64,000 bases of DNA, from the NCBI RefSeq assembly GCF_905237075.1, contig NW_026136706.1, positions 24,719,935 through 24,783,934 on the forward strand, read 5' to 3'. The stretch is from Dicentrarchus labrax. Lineage: Eukaryota. The first letter of the stretch is position 1. Every line of letters begins with the position of its first letter. The position numbers were made by a program, and so were the translations under genes. Below, piece by piece: positions 47,811 to 58,938 of the stretch. The notes under the pieces are model-generated. The model did no database searches. It was not told the origin of the DNA and saw only the letters and a program-made list of their open reading frames with translations.

Positions 47811-49369
47811 CAGTGGGTACGGAAAGTATTCAGACCCCTTTAAATGTTTCACTCTTTGTGTCATTGCAGCCATTTGCTAAAATCAAAAAAGTTAAATTTT
47901 ATTTCTCATTAATGTACACTCAGCACCCCATCTTGACAAAAAAAACAAATGTAAAAATTTTTGCAAATTTATTAAAAAAGAAAAACCGAAATATCACATG
48001 GTCATAAGTATTCACCCCCTTTGCTCAGTATTGAGTAGAAGCACCCTTTTGAGCTACTACAGCCATGAGTCTTCTTGGGAATGATGCAACAAGTTTTTCA
48101 CACCTGGATTTGGGGATCCTCTGCCAGTCTTCCTTGCAGATCCTCTCCAGTTCTGTCAGGTTGGATGGTGAACGTTGGTGGACAGCCATTTTCAGATCTC
48201 TCCAGAGATGCTCAATTGGGTTTAGGTCAGGGCTCCGGCTGGGCCAGTCAACAATGGTCACAGAGGTTCTGAAGCCACTCCTTTGTTATTTTAGCTGTGT
48301 GCTTAGGGTTATTGTCTTGTTGGAAGGTAAACCTTCGGCCCAGTCTGAGGTCCTGAGCACTCTGGAAGAGGTTTTCTTCCAGGAAATCTCTGTACTTGGC
48401 CGCATTCATCTTTCCTTCAATTGCAACCAGTCGTCCTGTCCCTGCAGCTGAAAAACATCCCCATAGCCTGATGCTGCCACCACCATGTTTCACTGTTGGG
48501 ATTGTATTTGGCAGGTGATGAGCAGTGCCTGGTTTTCTCCACACATACCGCTTAGAATTAACGCCAAAAAGTTTAATCTTGGTCTCATCAGACCAGATAA
48601 TCTTATTTCTCATAGTCTGGGAGTCCTTCATGTGTTTTTTGGCAAACTCTATGCGGGCTTTCATATGTCTTGCACTGAGGAGAGGCTTCCGTCGGGCCAC
48701 TCTGCCATAAAGCCCCAACTGGTGCAGGGCTGCAGTGATAGTTGACTTTGTGGAACTTTCTCCCATCTCCCTACTGCATCTCTGGAGCTCAGCCACAGTG
48801 ATCTTTGGGTTCTTCTTTACCTCACTCACCAAGGCTCTTCTCCCACGATTGCTCAGTTTGGCTGGACGGCCAGGTCTAGGAAGAGTTCTGGTCGTCCCAA
48901 ACTTCTTCCATTTAAGGATTATGGAGGCCACTGTGCTCTTAGGAACCTTGAGTTCCTTGAATTCGTTCCTTCGACCTCATGATTCTCATTTGCTCTGACA
49001 TGCACTGTGAGTCTTATATAGACAGGTGTGTGCCTTTCCTAATCAAGTCCAATCAGTTTAATTAAACACAGCTGGACTCCAATGAAGGAGCAGGACCATC
49101 TCAAGGAGGATCAGAAGAAATGGACAGCAAGTGAGTTAAATATGAGTGTCACAGCAAAGGGTCTGAATACTTATGACCATGTGATATTGCAGTTTTTCTT
49201 TTTTAATAAATTTGCAAAAATTTCTACATGTCTGTTTTTTTCTGTCAAGATGGGGTGCTGAGTGTACATTAATGAGAAATAAAATGAACTTTTTTGATTT
49301 TAGCAAATGGCCGCAATGAAACAAAGAGTGAAAAATTTAAAGGGGTCTGAATACTTTCCGTACCCACTG
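47811..49369 (-). mobile_element. Tc1-like transposon copy 3 (1559 bp), same family as 24485..26116, TA-flanked, degenerate
   Basis: The TIRs cagtgggtacggaaagtattcagacccc are at both ends, with TA at 47809-10 and 49370-71. It is 73 bp shorter than copy 2, owing to a deletion in the N-terminal HTH region (RC around 48940-48990). Confidence 0.95.
48025..48931 (-). pseudogene. Tc1 transposase pseudogene: a frameshift between ORFs 48248..48931 and 48025..48261, plus an N-terminal deletion. It retains the canonical IWSDETK catalytic Asp.
   Basis: Two overlapping minus-strand ORFs together cover residues about 50-346 of the copy-2 protein. GAT (Asp) in copy 3 replaces GGT (Gly) of copy 2 in W-S-D/G-E-T-K. 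Confidence 0.9.
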
Positions 49370-49375
49370 TATATA

Positions 49376-49619
49376 TAATTAATATAGCAGTATCACACAC
49401 ACACACACCTGAACGAAGCAGAAGAACAACAAAGCTAACGCTAGCTGAGATAAAGTTAGCACGTCAGTATAAAGTTACACAAGAAGCATCATGAACAATA
49501 ATCATCATAACTTACTCCCTGTATTTTGTTAACGTTAGCTTCTAAGGAGGCTTGATCACAGTTTGACTATTTCTCTCTCACGGTAGCTCTATCTTTACCT
49601 CTGGTACATTTACATACAG

Positions 49620-49665
<46 letters not shown>

Positions 49666-50320
49666 TGGTGATTCTCGGTATAAACTTTGTGAATCTCTAT
49701 AAAAATAGCAGTAGGGGAGAATATGGAGACATCGGCACCAACTGGCTTAATAAATTAACCTCACCTTATAAGTTTCATGTTCATCTTGCAAACATTTAAC
49801 AAACATTTAACAAACATTTAACAAACAATAACTACGTTAGCGTAATTGAGGCTCCTGTAGCTAACAACGGTTAGCATGTGCTAGCATTACACGAACAATG
49901 AAAAACAGCATCAATTCTTAAAAATACTTAGTTACTTCCTCTGCCGTCTCTCCACAGACAGTTGGTACAATCCCTCTTTCAGGAACAGTCTTTGAGCCAG
50001 TCCAGTGTTGTACTGACCAAGGTTGTGAAAACAACACAAAGTGGTTCACACACGAAACCAAAATTAAAAAAATACAATTATGAACCTGAAAAGGGGAATA
50101 ATATGTCTCCTTTAAGCATGTTTTTTGCTAGCCAATGTCTACAGGTCCAGGAAATGGTCAAAACAAAAAGGAGCTCTGTGTATCTGCACTCGATTGCTCT
50201 TACTAAACACTTTGACCCGTCTGTGACCTTAAAAGTGTAATCTAGTGGTTTGAAATTGAGTTGAGATTACGACATTTGAATTTATAGAGCTGAATCTGAA
50301 TTTAGAGAACTGAAATTGAA
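49376..50320 (-). repeat. Right arm of an inverted duplication (left arm 38210..46700 after removal of nested TEs); it provides the ancestral/empty-site sequence
   Basis: RC(50135-50320) matches 38305-38492. RC(49560-50134) matches 41077-41612. RC(49376-49470) matches 46514-46700. Both arms contain a (CA)n/(TG)n run, at 41490-41512 and 49623-49675. Confidence 0.8.
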
Positions 50321-50599
50321 AGTACATAAAACGTTTTAAGAATTTTTTGTGAGGCTCAAATTCAGTTTCAAACTAATAAATTCATATTCAAATTATACCA
50401 TTCAGATTCAGTTTTTCAATACAGTTATTCAAGTTTAACAATACAAATTCAAATTATGCAATTCAAATTCCGTTTTTCAATGCAATTATTCAAGTTGAGC
50501 AATTCAGATTCAGTTTCTACTGACACAAAAATCAGCCCATAGTTCTGTCTCAGGAGTGTTTTCTACCAGAGCTGCTTACAGGCCCCAAGACAGTACCGA

Positions 50600-50770
50600 G
50601 AACGAGATGTGGGAGAGGTATGCACTGATTGAATAGGAAGGGATGGAGGGAGGAGGGAAAAGAGGATGAAGGGGTGTAGGTAGAGAAGAGCAAAGGGAGG
50701 GGTTGGGTAGGATGAGGTGAATGGATGAACGGAAAGAAAGGGAGGGTGGGTCGAGAAAACTCAGCACAGA
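50600..50770. repeat. Purine-rich repeat, second copy of 15305..15440
   Basis: gggttgggtaggatgaggtgaatggatgaacggaaagaaagggagggtgggtcgagaaaact. Confidence 0.6.
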
Positions 50771-51428
50771 GGTTCAGAGGTTTTATACATCCAAAGAACT
50801 TCCAGACCAGGCCTCTAATAGAGACCTGTGTTTTTTGACCAAACATGTAGCCACACCAGGCTAGTAAAGGAGACCTGCATCTATTGGGACCCTGCTTTTA
50901 TTAGACGTTTTACGGTACACAGTATATGCAGTAGGCCTGTAACCCAGCATTTGGTTCACTTCTGTGGAGAAAAGTAAATGTAAATTGTTAAGAACATTGT
51001 CTAACAGAACAATGGCCAAGCATCGGGGATGAATTTTAATTTGTCAAGAAGTCCGACCATTGAGTCGGTTTGATTGTTAAAAATAATGAAAAAATAAAAA
51101 TAAAAATACATACATACAATTGCCATTATAAGAACATTTAGCTCTAGCAATAATAGTATTTAAGTTAATAATAATAGTTAGAGTGACTGTAATTATCATA
51201 GTATTAACTGGTAAGTTCCATGTGATAATAATAATAATGATAGAGAGGGAATTGTTAGGTAATAACTGTAATATCATGATAATAATTAGTGTTGTACTAA
51301 TACATTATATGCAAAGCAATAACCTATATTAATAAAGACACTTATATCAGTAATAATGATGGTTCATTGGAGTGGAGAGAAAGAAAGTAAAAAGAGAAGA
51401 AGAAATGGGAGAGTGGGATCGAGGGAGG

Positions 51429-51432
<4 letters not shown>

Positions 51433-51468
<36 letters not shown>
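51433..51468. repeat. (TG)n microsatellite
   Basis: tgtgtgtgtgtg... Confidence 0.9.
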
Positions 51469-52943
51469 TTCAACAGAAAAGTGGGGATCACAGTGTATGT
51501 GTTATGGCAAATACTTTATGTATATGTGTGAATGATTGAATGTAGGATTATTGTGGATGGTGGACAGGGAAACAGACATGATTCACTCGTTACCACTGAG
51601 TGAAGACAGACAGATGTCCACAGAACTGTTGCAGTATTACAAAAGTCACTAAAACTGTTTGTTGATGCTATTTCTCAATGAGACTTTCATACAGCCACAC
51701 AATAACAAAGTCAAATATCCTCTACTGCGTGCACTAACTGAGTTAGCTCATGTCAACACCTTTTTTATATATTTCTTATTCAGACTTCCACTATATCCCC
51801 TATTCACAGTTAACAGTCAAAAATGAAGGTATAGTAAATAGAAAAAAGGCCTCATTACATCACATTTATATAAATTAGGAACGTTTTAGATGTTGAAAGA
51901 TTCCTGTTTATATGCTAACAGCATTTCTCATCTGATAGTTGTGCATAAAGTACAAACAAGAGTATACTTTTATATACTTTCCTTCTGTATCAGAAGCCTG
52001 TTGTCCCACTCAGCTCTATGCATATAACTCAGTTTAACCCCCTGCAGTGTAATCGTGTTTGAGGATCGATAACTGAAATTTATGAAAAGACAGATGGCTT
52101 TACAGGGACATTGCATGTGATGATTTACACACCGACCATATTGTATTATGTAAAAACACATACTGTTAATTAGACAAGTAGTCTAATCCATTTTGACTTC
52201 ACTAAAATGAACTTGATGCATCCCTCAGTCAACTTAAAATATGTGTACATAGAAACTGAGTGTAAATGCAACAGGAAATGCAAATAGCTGCACAGTGTTG
52301 TGAGCAGTACAATATTATGTCTGATCTGTTCTGACAGTGTGTGGGATTTTATCACTTCCTTTTTTCATTCTCTAATGTTAACCTAAGTTTGTTGCCATGG
52401 CCACCATCTTTCACTAACCACAAACAAAGTTTCTCAAGCTTTTAGTTGCCCTATCTCTACCTCAATCATCCTTCTGTCACATGGCTGTAGTAAGGTTGAA
52501 AAATTTGTTTTGTAGTATTTTGAATATGAACATTCAGTCTAGGTTTAAGAAAATAAGCAGCATTAAGGTTCCCCCAGAACGTCCAGTAGCTGCAGAAGAC
52601 CAGAATTTGTAGAAGATTGGTCATTAAGATAAGAAAAATGCTTCATCATTTCTCATTTTATTGTTTGAATGGCATTTTATTTTCTCTCACTGCACTGGAC
52701 ACTCTTTTTTTTAAATCAGCAGGAGAAAATGAAAGAATAGAAAATATTTTTCATCATATTCCTTTATACTTCTTATGCTTCGTTGTTGCTTTTTCAAGTG
52801 AGATGATCAGAAACTATTTTCTGAGGTGGGACTTCCTGTGAATAAAGGAAAACTGAACCCACCTACAGTTTTATCATTAATGTGAAGAGTAGCTTGTGCT
52901 GCAGAGCTTACCCACAGCAGAACATTTGGCATGCTTATGAGCG

Positions 52944-53013
52944 ATGGAGGAAATCTATAGGAATGATGAATATGACGACTGTGCTGACTTAAGAGCATCC
53001 CAGAATCAGAGAG
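52944..53013 (+). CDS. Lectin 5' module 3, exon 1: MEEIYRNDEYDDCADLRASQNQR
   Basis: ATG at 52944, gtaag donor at 53014, 70 nt. The upstream sequence is about 90% identical to gene 2 upstream. Confidence 0.7.
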
Positions 53014-53133
53014 GTAAGAATAATGATTCAGACAGAGAGGCTGACAGACTGAGCTCTGCAGAAATGTGTATTATTACCTGTCATTAATGCTGTTGTATCA
53101 TTTACTGTATTCACTGGTCTTTTCTGTGTTCAG

Positions 53134-53235
53134 GTCCCAGGAGCTCAGAGAGGAGATTTCATGGATCTGTTGTTCTCTGTCTGGGTCTGCTCACTGTTCT
53201 CCTGCTGGCTGGACTCATCTGCCTCTGTGTCCACT
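53134..53235 (+). CDS. Lectin 5' module 3, exon 2: GPRSSERRFHGSVVLCLGLLTVLLLAGLICLCVH (transmembrane). No neck or CTLD exons follow within 5.4 kb.
   Basis: cag acceptor at 53131-33, gtgagt donor at 53236, 102 nt. Confidence 0.7.
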
Positions 53236-54117
53236 GTGAGTCTAAATCAGATTCAGAGGTTAAAGTCAGGCTGGATTGTGATGATAGGAGCATCATTCTA
53301 CTCTGAAAGATGTACATGATTTTCCTACGTGTGATTATTTTTGTCTGATAGGTTTGTTTGATTTATTGTCTTGTCTCAACACTGTAAAAAATGTCACTAA
53401 TGGTTAGTTAAAAAAACATGATGGCAAGTGACACGTAGAACAATTGCATAGATTTTAAGTGCTACAACTTTGATTAAAAAGTACTGAATAATTAATAGAA
53501 AAACCAAAATTTGTACATTGTAATAACAGCAACAGTTAAAATAAGTTGGACCTGGTAACAACTTGACAAATGATAACACATAGCTCTAAAATACAAAGTA
53601 AATCCAAGTTAACTTCATACGGAAACGGATTTATATTTAAAGAGTCTGAGCAAAAGTTATTTCGATTAACCAAATATCTGATGGAAACTTTTTTATATTT
53701 ACTAATTATCTAGATAAAAAATATTTTACACACACATATTTTACATATTTAACACATTCACACAGTTCAAATTCAAACTTACAACTTACTTTATTATTAT
53801 CTCAGATAGCAGTTTTTCATGGGCCTAGAGCAAAATACAGCACAAAGGAAAATACAATATTTTTATTTCTCTGTATCTAAATTAATTATTTAAATTCAGG
53901 GCAGCAACCCAGAGATATTTCATGCACTCTACCATTTTATCGATGATGTTGTACTAGTCTCGATGCTGTACATTTTCATCTTTTGCATGGGAAGGTCTTG
54001 TGACACGCTGTCTTCATCAGCTTCCTTAAATAGCAAGAATATTTCAGCATGTACAGCTAAAGGAGAAGCAGAACTGTATGAAAATAATGACTGCATTTTG
54101 CGATTTGACTTTCCCAA

Positions 54118-54141
54118 GACATAGTGAGAGAGAGAGAGAGG

Positions 54142-54186
<45 letters not shown>
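54118..54186. repeat. (GA)n microsatellite
   Basis: gagagagagag... interrupted. Confidence 0.9.
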
Positions 54187-54187
<1 letters not shown>

Positions 54188-54469
54188 CCTTATAAAACAC
54201 AAGAAAATTATCAACCAAAAGAAGGCTAAATACACGGATGATGAATCAATCAAAATCGAAAAGGCTATAGACCAAAATTATTTTTGGAACCTGTGGGGAA
54301 AAAAATTATTCAACCAAGTATAAAGATAACATTGCAATACAGAATGGCAATATTTTGAAAAACTCTAATCCTTAATTTATATCAAAATCCTGAACACTAT
54401 GGTTTAAACACACATCAGATGTCCATAATTCACATATTGAAATCATTAGAAATGGCAGAAAAGACAACC

Positions 54470-54700
54470 AAAATGCTTTGGGCAGTCCAATTACATTTGA
54501 AGAGCTACAAGAAAACTGCCTGACCTTGAAATGGAAAGGCTTGTGGTATTGATGGTATCAGGACAGAAATGTTGAAAGATGTTAGCTATAATCTTAAAAT
54601 GGCAATATTAAAATTATTACAATTAGTAATAACATGTGGCATATATCCTGAAATTTTGAACAAGGGACTGATTAGTCCTATTTTGTCAACTCAAACATTA
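54470..54700 (+). mobile_element. LINE reverse-transcriptase N-terminal fragment
   Basis: Translates to ..ACGIDGIRTEMLKDVSYNLKMAILKLLQLVITCGIYPEILNKGLISPILS.., showing the GIDGI...E.LK and FP..W..G.I.PI motifs of non-LTR RT domain 0/1. Confidence 0.55.
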
Positions 54701-54860
54701 TTTTTTTTTTTAAAAAAAAAAAAAAAATAAAATTTTTTTAAAAAAAAAAAAAAAAAAAAAATTTTAAACCTTATTTTTTTTTTTTAAAAAATTTAGAAAA
54801 TAATTTGGGGTTTTTTAAGTAAGGATTTTAAAAACCCCTCCCAAAAACTTAAAATTTTCC
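54690..54860. other. Alternating long A and T homopolymer runs (low-complexity block)
   Basis: tttttttttttaaaaaaaaaaaaaaataaaattttttttaaaaaaaaaaaaaaaaaaaaaatttt... This is not a natural microsatellite pattern. It is a possible assembly or polishing artefact, or a degraded poly-A tail. Confidence 0.5.
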
Positions 54861-56379
54861 AAATGTTATTAAATCAATCCTATAAAAAGACATAATAATA
54901 TAATAGTTATTTTATGCACATAACCACTGACCATTGATAACCATTGCAGGTTGAAGGTTTTGGTGTCCAATCAACAACGTGAAACAGAATCAGTAAAATG
55001 ATTATTTGACATGTTTCAAACATGAGAGGGCCAATTTAAATACATGCACAACTTTAAATTGTTGTCATAAAGTCTATCTTTATGATTGCTATCATGTTCA
55101 TTTTTTGTTGACACTGTCAGAAGTGTTAATAAAGTACACTTTATATGTTTTAGCATTGAGTTCATTACTGTTTAAGATAAGGTACTCGACTGCCCTATAT
55201 TCAGAGGTGTTTTTAATATTTTGACCTGCACATTTATGTAAATATGAAGTCCAAAGAATTAGAAACAACCTTACAATGCAGCTCAGTACTGATACCCTTT
55301 TAAGTGTGACCTAAACATATAACTGAATGTACACATTTCCAACAATGTCAATAAAAACTGACCATTATAAACACACACAGGCTAACTCTAATTATATTCT
55401 AGCAGTCTGATCACAAAATATTTGCAAGTATAATACTCACTGAAGAATACCTTGAGTAGGATACCCTGCAACCTCAACCCCATGGTTCCCCATTTTGTGC
55501 AGAAGAGGTTCAGAATTCTTGGAGTGTCAAGATGCAACTCAATCCAGATCTAAAACATAAATAATGAAAGCTGCTTTAAAGCCACAAATATTACAAATAT
55601 ATTTTCTAAATTTTAATTTTCTTAAAACATTTTGAAAAGTAATAAGTATATCATCTTATGACCTTGCTATTTGTGCTCGCTAATAGAGGAGCCCCTGTGA
55701 ATTGGGGATAAACATTAATACAACACACAAGCCAGAGCATGGACACAAGAGTATATATAGCTCACTTTGTTTAAAAATGTAAGAGACTAATGCTACTTTA
55801 GTTAGTAGCAAATGCTACTTGAGTTCTGTTTACTGGAGAAGACAAAATGCAGTACATGAATCATAATTATTTACCTCTGAGATCAAGAACGTTACATTAT
55901 GCACAGTGGCCACATTTAAAACATTATGCACTAATGTGGTCAGTTGGCTACGAGCTAACTAGCACATTAAAGTGGGGGAGAGGTGGAAGCACAGGCTGAT
56001 GCCAGGAAAACTGCTAAAATTACATTACAGAATAACATTGCTCAGTAGTTCGAAAAAAGTCATATAAAAATTCTATCATTGAGCCGACCACTTTTTCAGT
56101 CCTTTCCATGCCCAAAAGACAACAAACTGACTTTAAATCACTTAATTTTGACTTACAGCACAGTACATTTGGTATGTTTGGTAACACAAAACAATGTTCA
56201 ACAGCTATAAAAACTCATTTATAAATTGTTCATTAACTAACAATAATTAAAAAGTTCTTACCTTTGGAAAAATAGCGTCCCCTGAAATGTGTGCAAATGA
56301 TTATTGCCTTGGCATAAAATGCCTTGGGCGGAAGTCTATGGTAAAACCAAAGACCTCACAATGAGTAAAATTGTTTAAA

Positions 56380-56640
56380 ATTCAGATTTTTTAATTTTTT
56401 CCCAGATGTTATTGAACCAATCCTTTTATATAGAAGTAAAGTTTGGGGCCCATTAATTAAACAAGAGCACTGGGACTCAAAGCCAATTGAAAAAGTACAT
56501 CTGGAGTTCTGTAAAAATATACTGAGAGTCCACAGAAACTGTCCAAACCATAGCTGCAGAGCAGAGCTGGGGCAGTTCCCTCCATTAATTAAAAAAAACA
56601 TAAAATGACATTTTGGAACCATATGATAGAATCTGGTTTA
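56380..56640 (+). mobile_element. LINE reverse-transcriptase C-terminal fragment
   Basis: Translates to PDVIEPILLYRSKVWGPLIKQEHWDSKPIEKVHLEFCKNILRVHRNCPNHSCRAELGQFPPLI, the L..GSE.WG ... E..HL.FCK.ILGV ... ELGR.PL signature seen in fish LINE ORF2. Confidence 0.55.
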
Positions 56641-57059
56641 TACAGACACAGATCATACATACAGCACCAAAGCAATCTGAGCCCAGATAAAATACTTGGT
56701 ATGAACCAAAAAAGGACATTATATTCATATGCCACAGTGATGCTATGGAAATAATCCCCTACTCATAAGTAAAACAAATTGACAATAAACTAAGATATTT
56801 CAAGCAGAAAGGTAAGGTGAAACCAAAGACCAATGAGTCAAATTTATCAAAATTCAGCATTTTTGAATTTCCTGATAAAATACAGTTCACTAACAAAGAC
56901 CACGCCATCGGATGTATGAAATAAGAAAAGTCTATTGCACATAATGAATGAATGTGAACCGATTTGGTATACTGAGGGATGAGGACACTTTTCAAATAGA
57001 GCAGGTCTAGACCGAACTCTTTATAACATTATTTACAGAGACCCAACAGTACCACCATG

Positions 57060-57165
57060 AGCAAGCACTTGGTGACAAGGGCAAGGAAAAACTGCCTGTT
57101 AAAAGCCAGAAACCTAGGACAGATCCTTCGGCTCTAGGTGGGTGGTTGTCTGTCTCGACCAGTTG

Positions 57166-57224
<59 letters not shown>

Positions 57225-57250
57225 ACACACAGACAGACAGACAGACAGCA
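57060..57250 (+). repeat. Interspersed repeat with a (GA)n(GACA)n tail, same family as 24140..24300
   Basis: See 24140..24300. The (GA)n(GACA)n tail lies at 57166-57248. Confidence 0.6.
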
Positions 57251-58670
57251 ATTTTACTATAATGTCATGTAATAAAGAATCTTTGAATATTGAATCTTTG
57301 AATATTGAATCTTTGCTTTGTGTGCTTTTTGTACGTCTTACAGGTGCAGTGAGGAAAAATCGCATGACAGACAAAGCCACTGTACGGAGCCTCTAAAGGG
57401 ACATGGGGAAAAAAATGAAACGTTTCTAGTGCGCACTAGATATGGATCCGGTGTTGTGGCGAATCAACACATGGCTAATTTTAATATTCAAATGAGTATT
57501 AAACTAATTTGTCTGTAACTAAAAATGAGTTTGAATTTGTCAAGAAATCAGATTAATGAGTCAGTTTGTTAAAAATAATTTAAAAAAAATACATAATACA
57601 GAGCATTGTATTAAAAAAAACATAAATTCATTTAAATCACTTGTTTTACACAAACTTCTTGCAGTGACTGAGTTCATTATTTGGGTTAATTGTACAGCTT
57701 TGTATATAAAATGAAATAGCCACGACAGATTGATCTTTCCTTCTCTGACTGTTACTGCTACTTGCAAGCCATAGCTATAAAAAGAAACGGTGTATGGGTG
57801 TCACTGTGGACGGACACTGCCATCACATCATCTTGGGTCAACCAGATCAGGAATATCCAGCTTATCTGGATCTTTCTGGCCAAACTGGTTCAGGAAGACC
57901 ACCATCTTAATGAAGCAGCAGGTCAGGATGAAGGACATGCTTTTGTCTTTGTGGGAGAGTCTGTGGAGCAACTCTTTGAAGTTGTCTGTGGCAAAATTTT
58001 GCAACTCTGTTGCCATTATTTTATAATGCTCCTTTTTTAGTAACCTGGTGTCCGGCATAGGACTACAGTCAAGAGGTGAAAGCCACTATTGTGGAGTGTA
58101 CTCCAACATGCAAATCAGCATGCATGAACTCATTAACACTAGCATGGGCTTCAAATTCATCCAGAAGTGGAGTTTTGGACGCAGTAAAAGTCCATATGGG
58201 TGTTTTCAAGGACATCTTTATTGTGTTGCTACAACTGTCCGCTCTGTTGATGTAAAAAATGGTGACATTATTCTGGGATTTTCTTACTGGGACTCTATTG
58301 CTGCTCTATGAAAGGAAGATGCCAGGGGTGCCAAATGTGGCACAGTGGGACGAGACAATTAAACAGTTTTTTGTTCATTTTTGCTGCTCTAGCTGCTTGA
58401 ATGTGACTTTTTACCATGGGTGGAAAAATTCATGGTTCGTACAAAATATATTCTTATGATGTCAGTGTTGCTTCTGTGATGCTTTTCAAAACAGACAAAG
58501 TGCTATAAAGACAATGAGTAAAGGAAAAATACATCACAGAAAAGCCAGGATGGCAAATAGACATTTTGGTAAAACAAGCAGCTTTAGAGCAGAACAAAGC
58601 TCCTAAATGCTCCAATGCTCCTAAAAAAACACAATTCAAACTGAAGTTAACTCATTAAAACCAGACTCAC

Positions 58671-58772
58671 AGTGCACACTGAGGGCGATGAGTCCAACCA
58701 GCAGGAGAACAGTGAACAGCCCCAGACAGAGAACAACAGATCCATGAAATCTCCTCTCAGAGCTCGTGGGAC
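58671..58772 (-). CDS. Lectin 5' module 4, exon 2: GPTSSERRFHGSVVLCLGLFTVLLLVGLIALSVH (transmembrane). No downstream exons were found before 53240.
   Basis: 102 nt. gtgagt donor (RC 58665-70), cag acceptor. Confidence 0.7.
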
Positions 58773-58871
58773 CTGAAAGATCAGTGAATACAGTCAAGTG
58801 TACAATATTAATAATGACAGATGATAATATGTATCTGTGCACAACCTCTCAGTCTGACTGAACGGTCTTAC

Positions 58872-58938
58872 CTGTCTGATTTGCTAAAGGTCTTGGGTCG
58901 ACGGGTTTATATTCAACTTTGACATAGATCTCCTCCAT
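58872..58938 (-). CDS. Lectin 5' module 4, exon 1: MEEIYVKVEYKPVDPRPLANQT
   Basis: ATG as RC of 58936-38, gtaag donor (RC 58867-71), 67 nt, phase 1. The upstream sequence is of the gene-1 class. Confidence 0.7.

Noticed and set aside
57762-58311. Moderately long ORFs on both strands (57828..58058 -, 57762..58040 +, 58048..58311 +)
   Set aside because: I recognised no domain. They overlap each other antisense and sit in the poorly supported 53-58.7 kb interval. They cannot be called without a similarity search (BLASTX would settle it).
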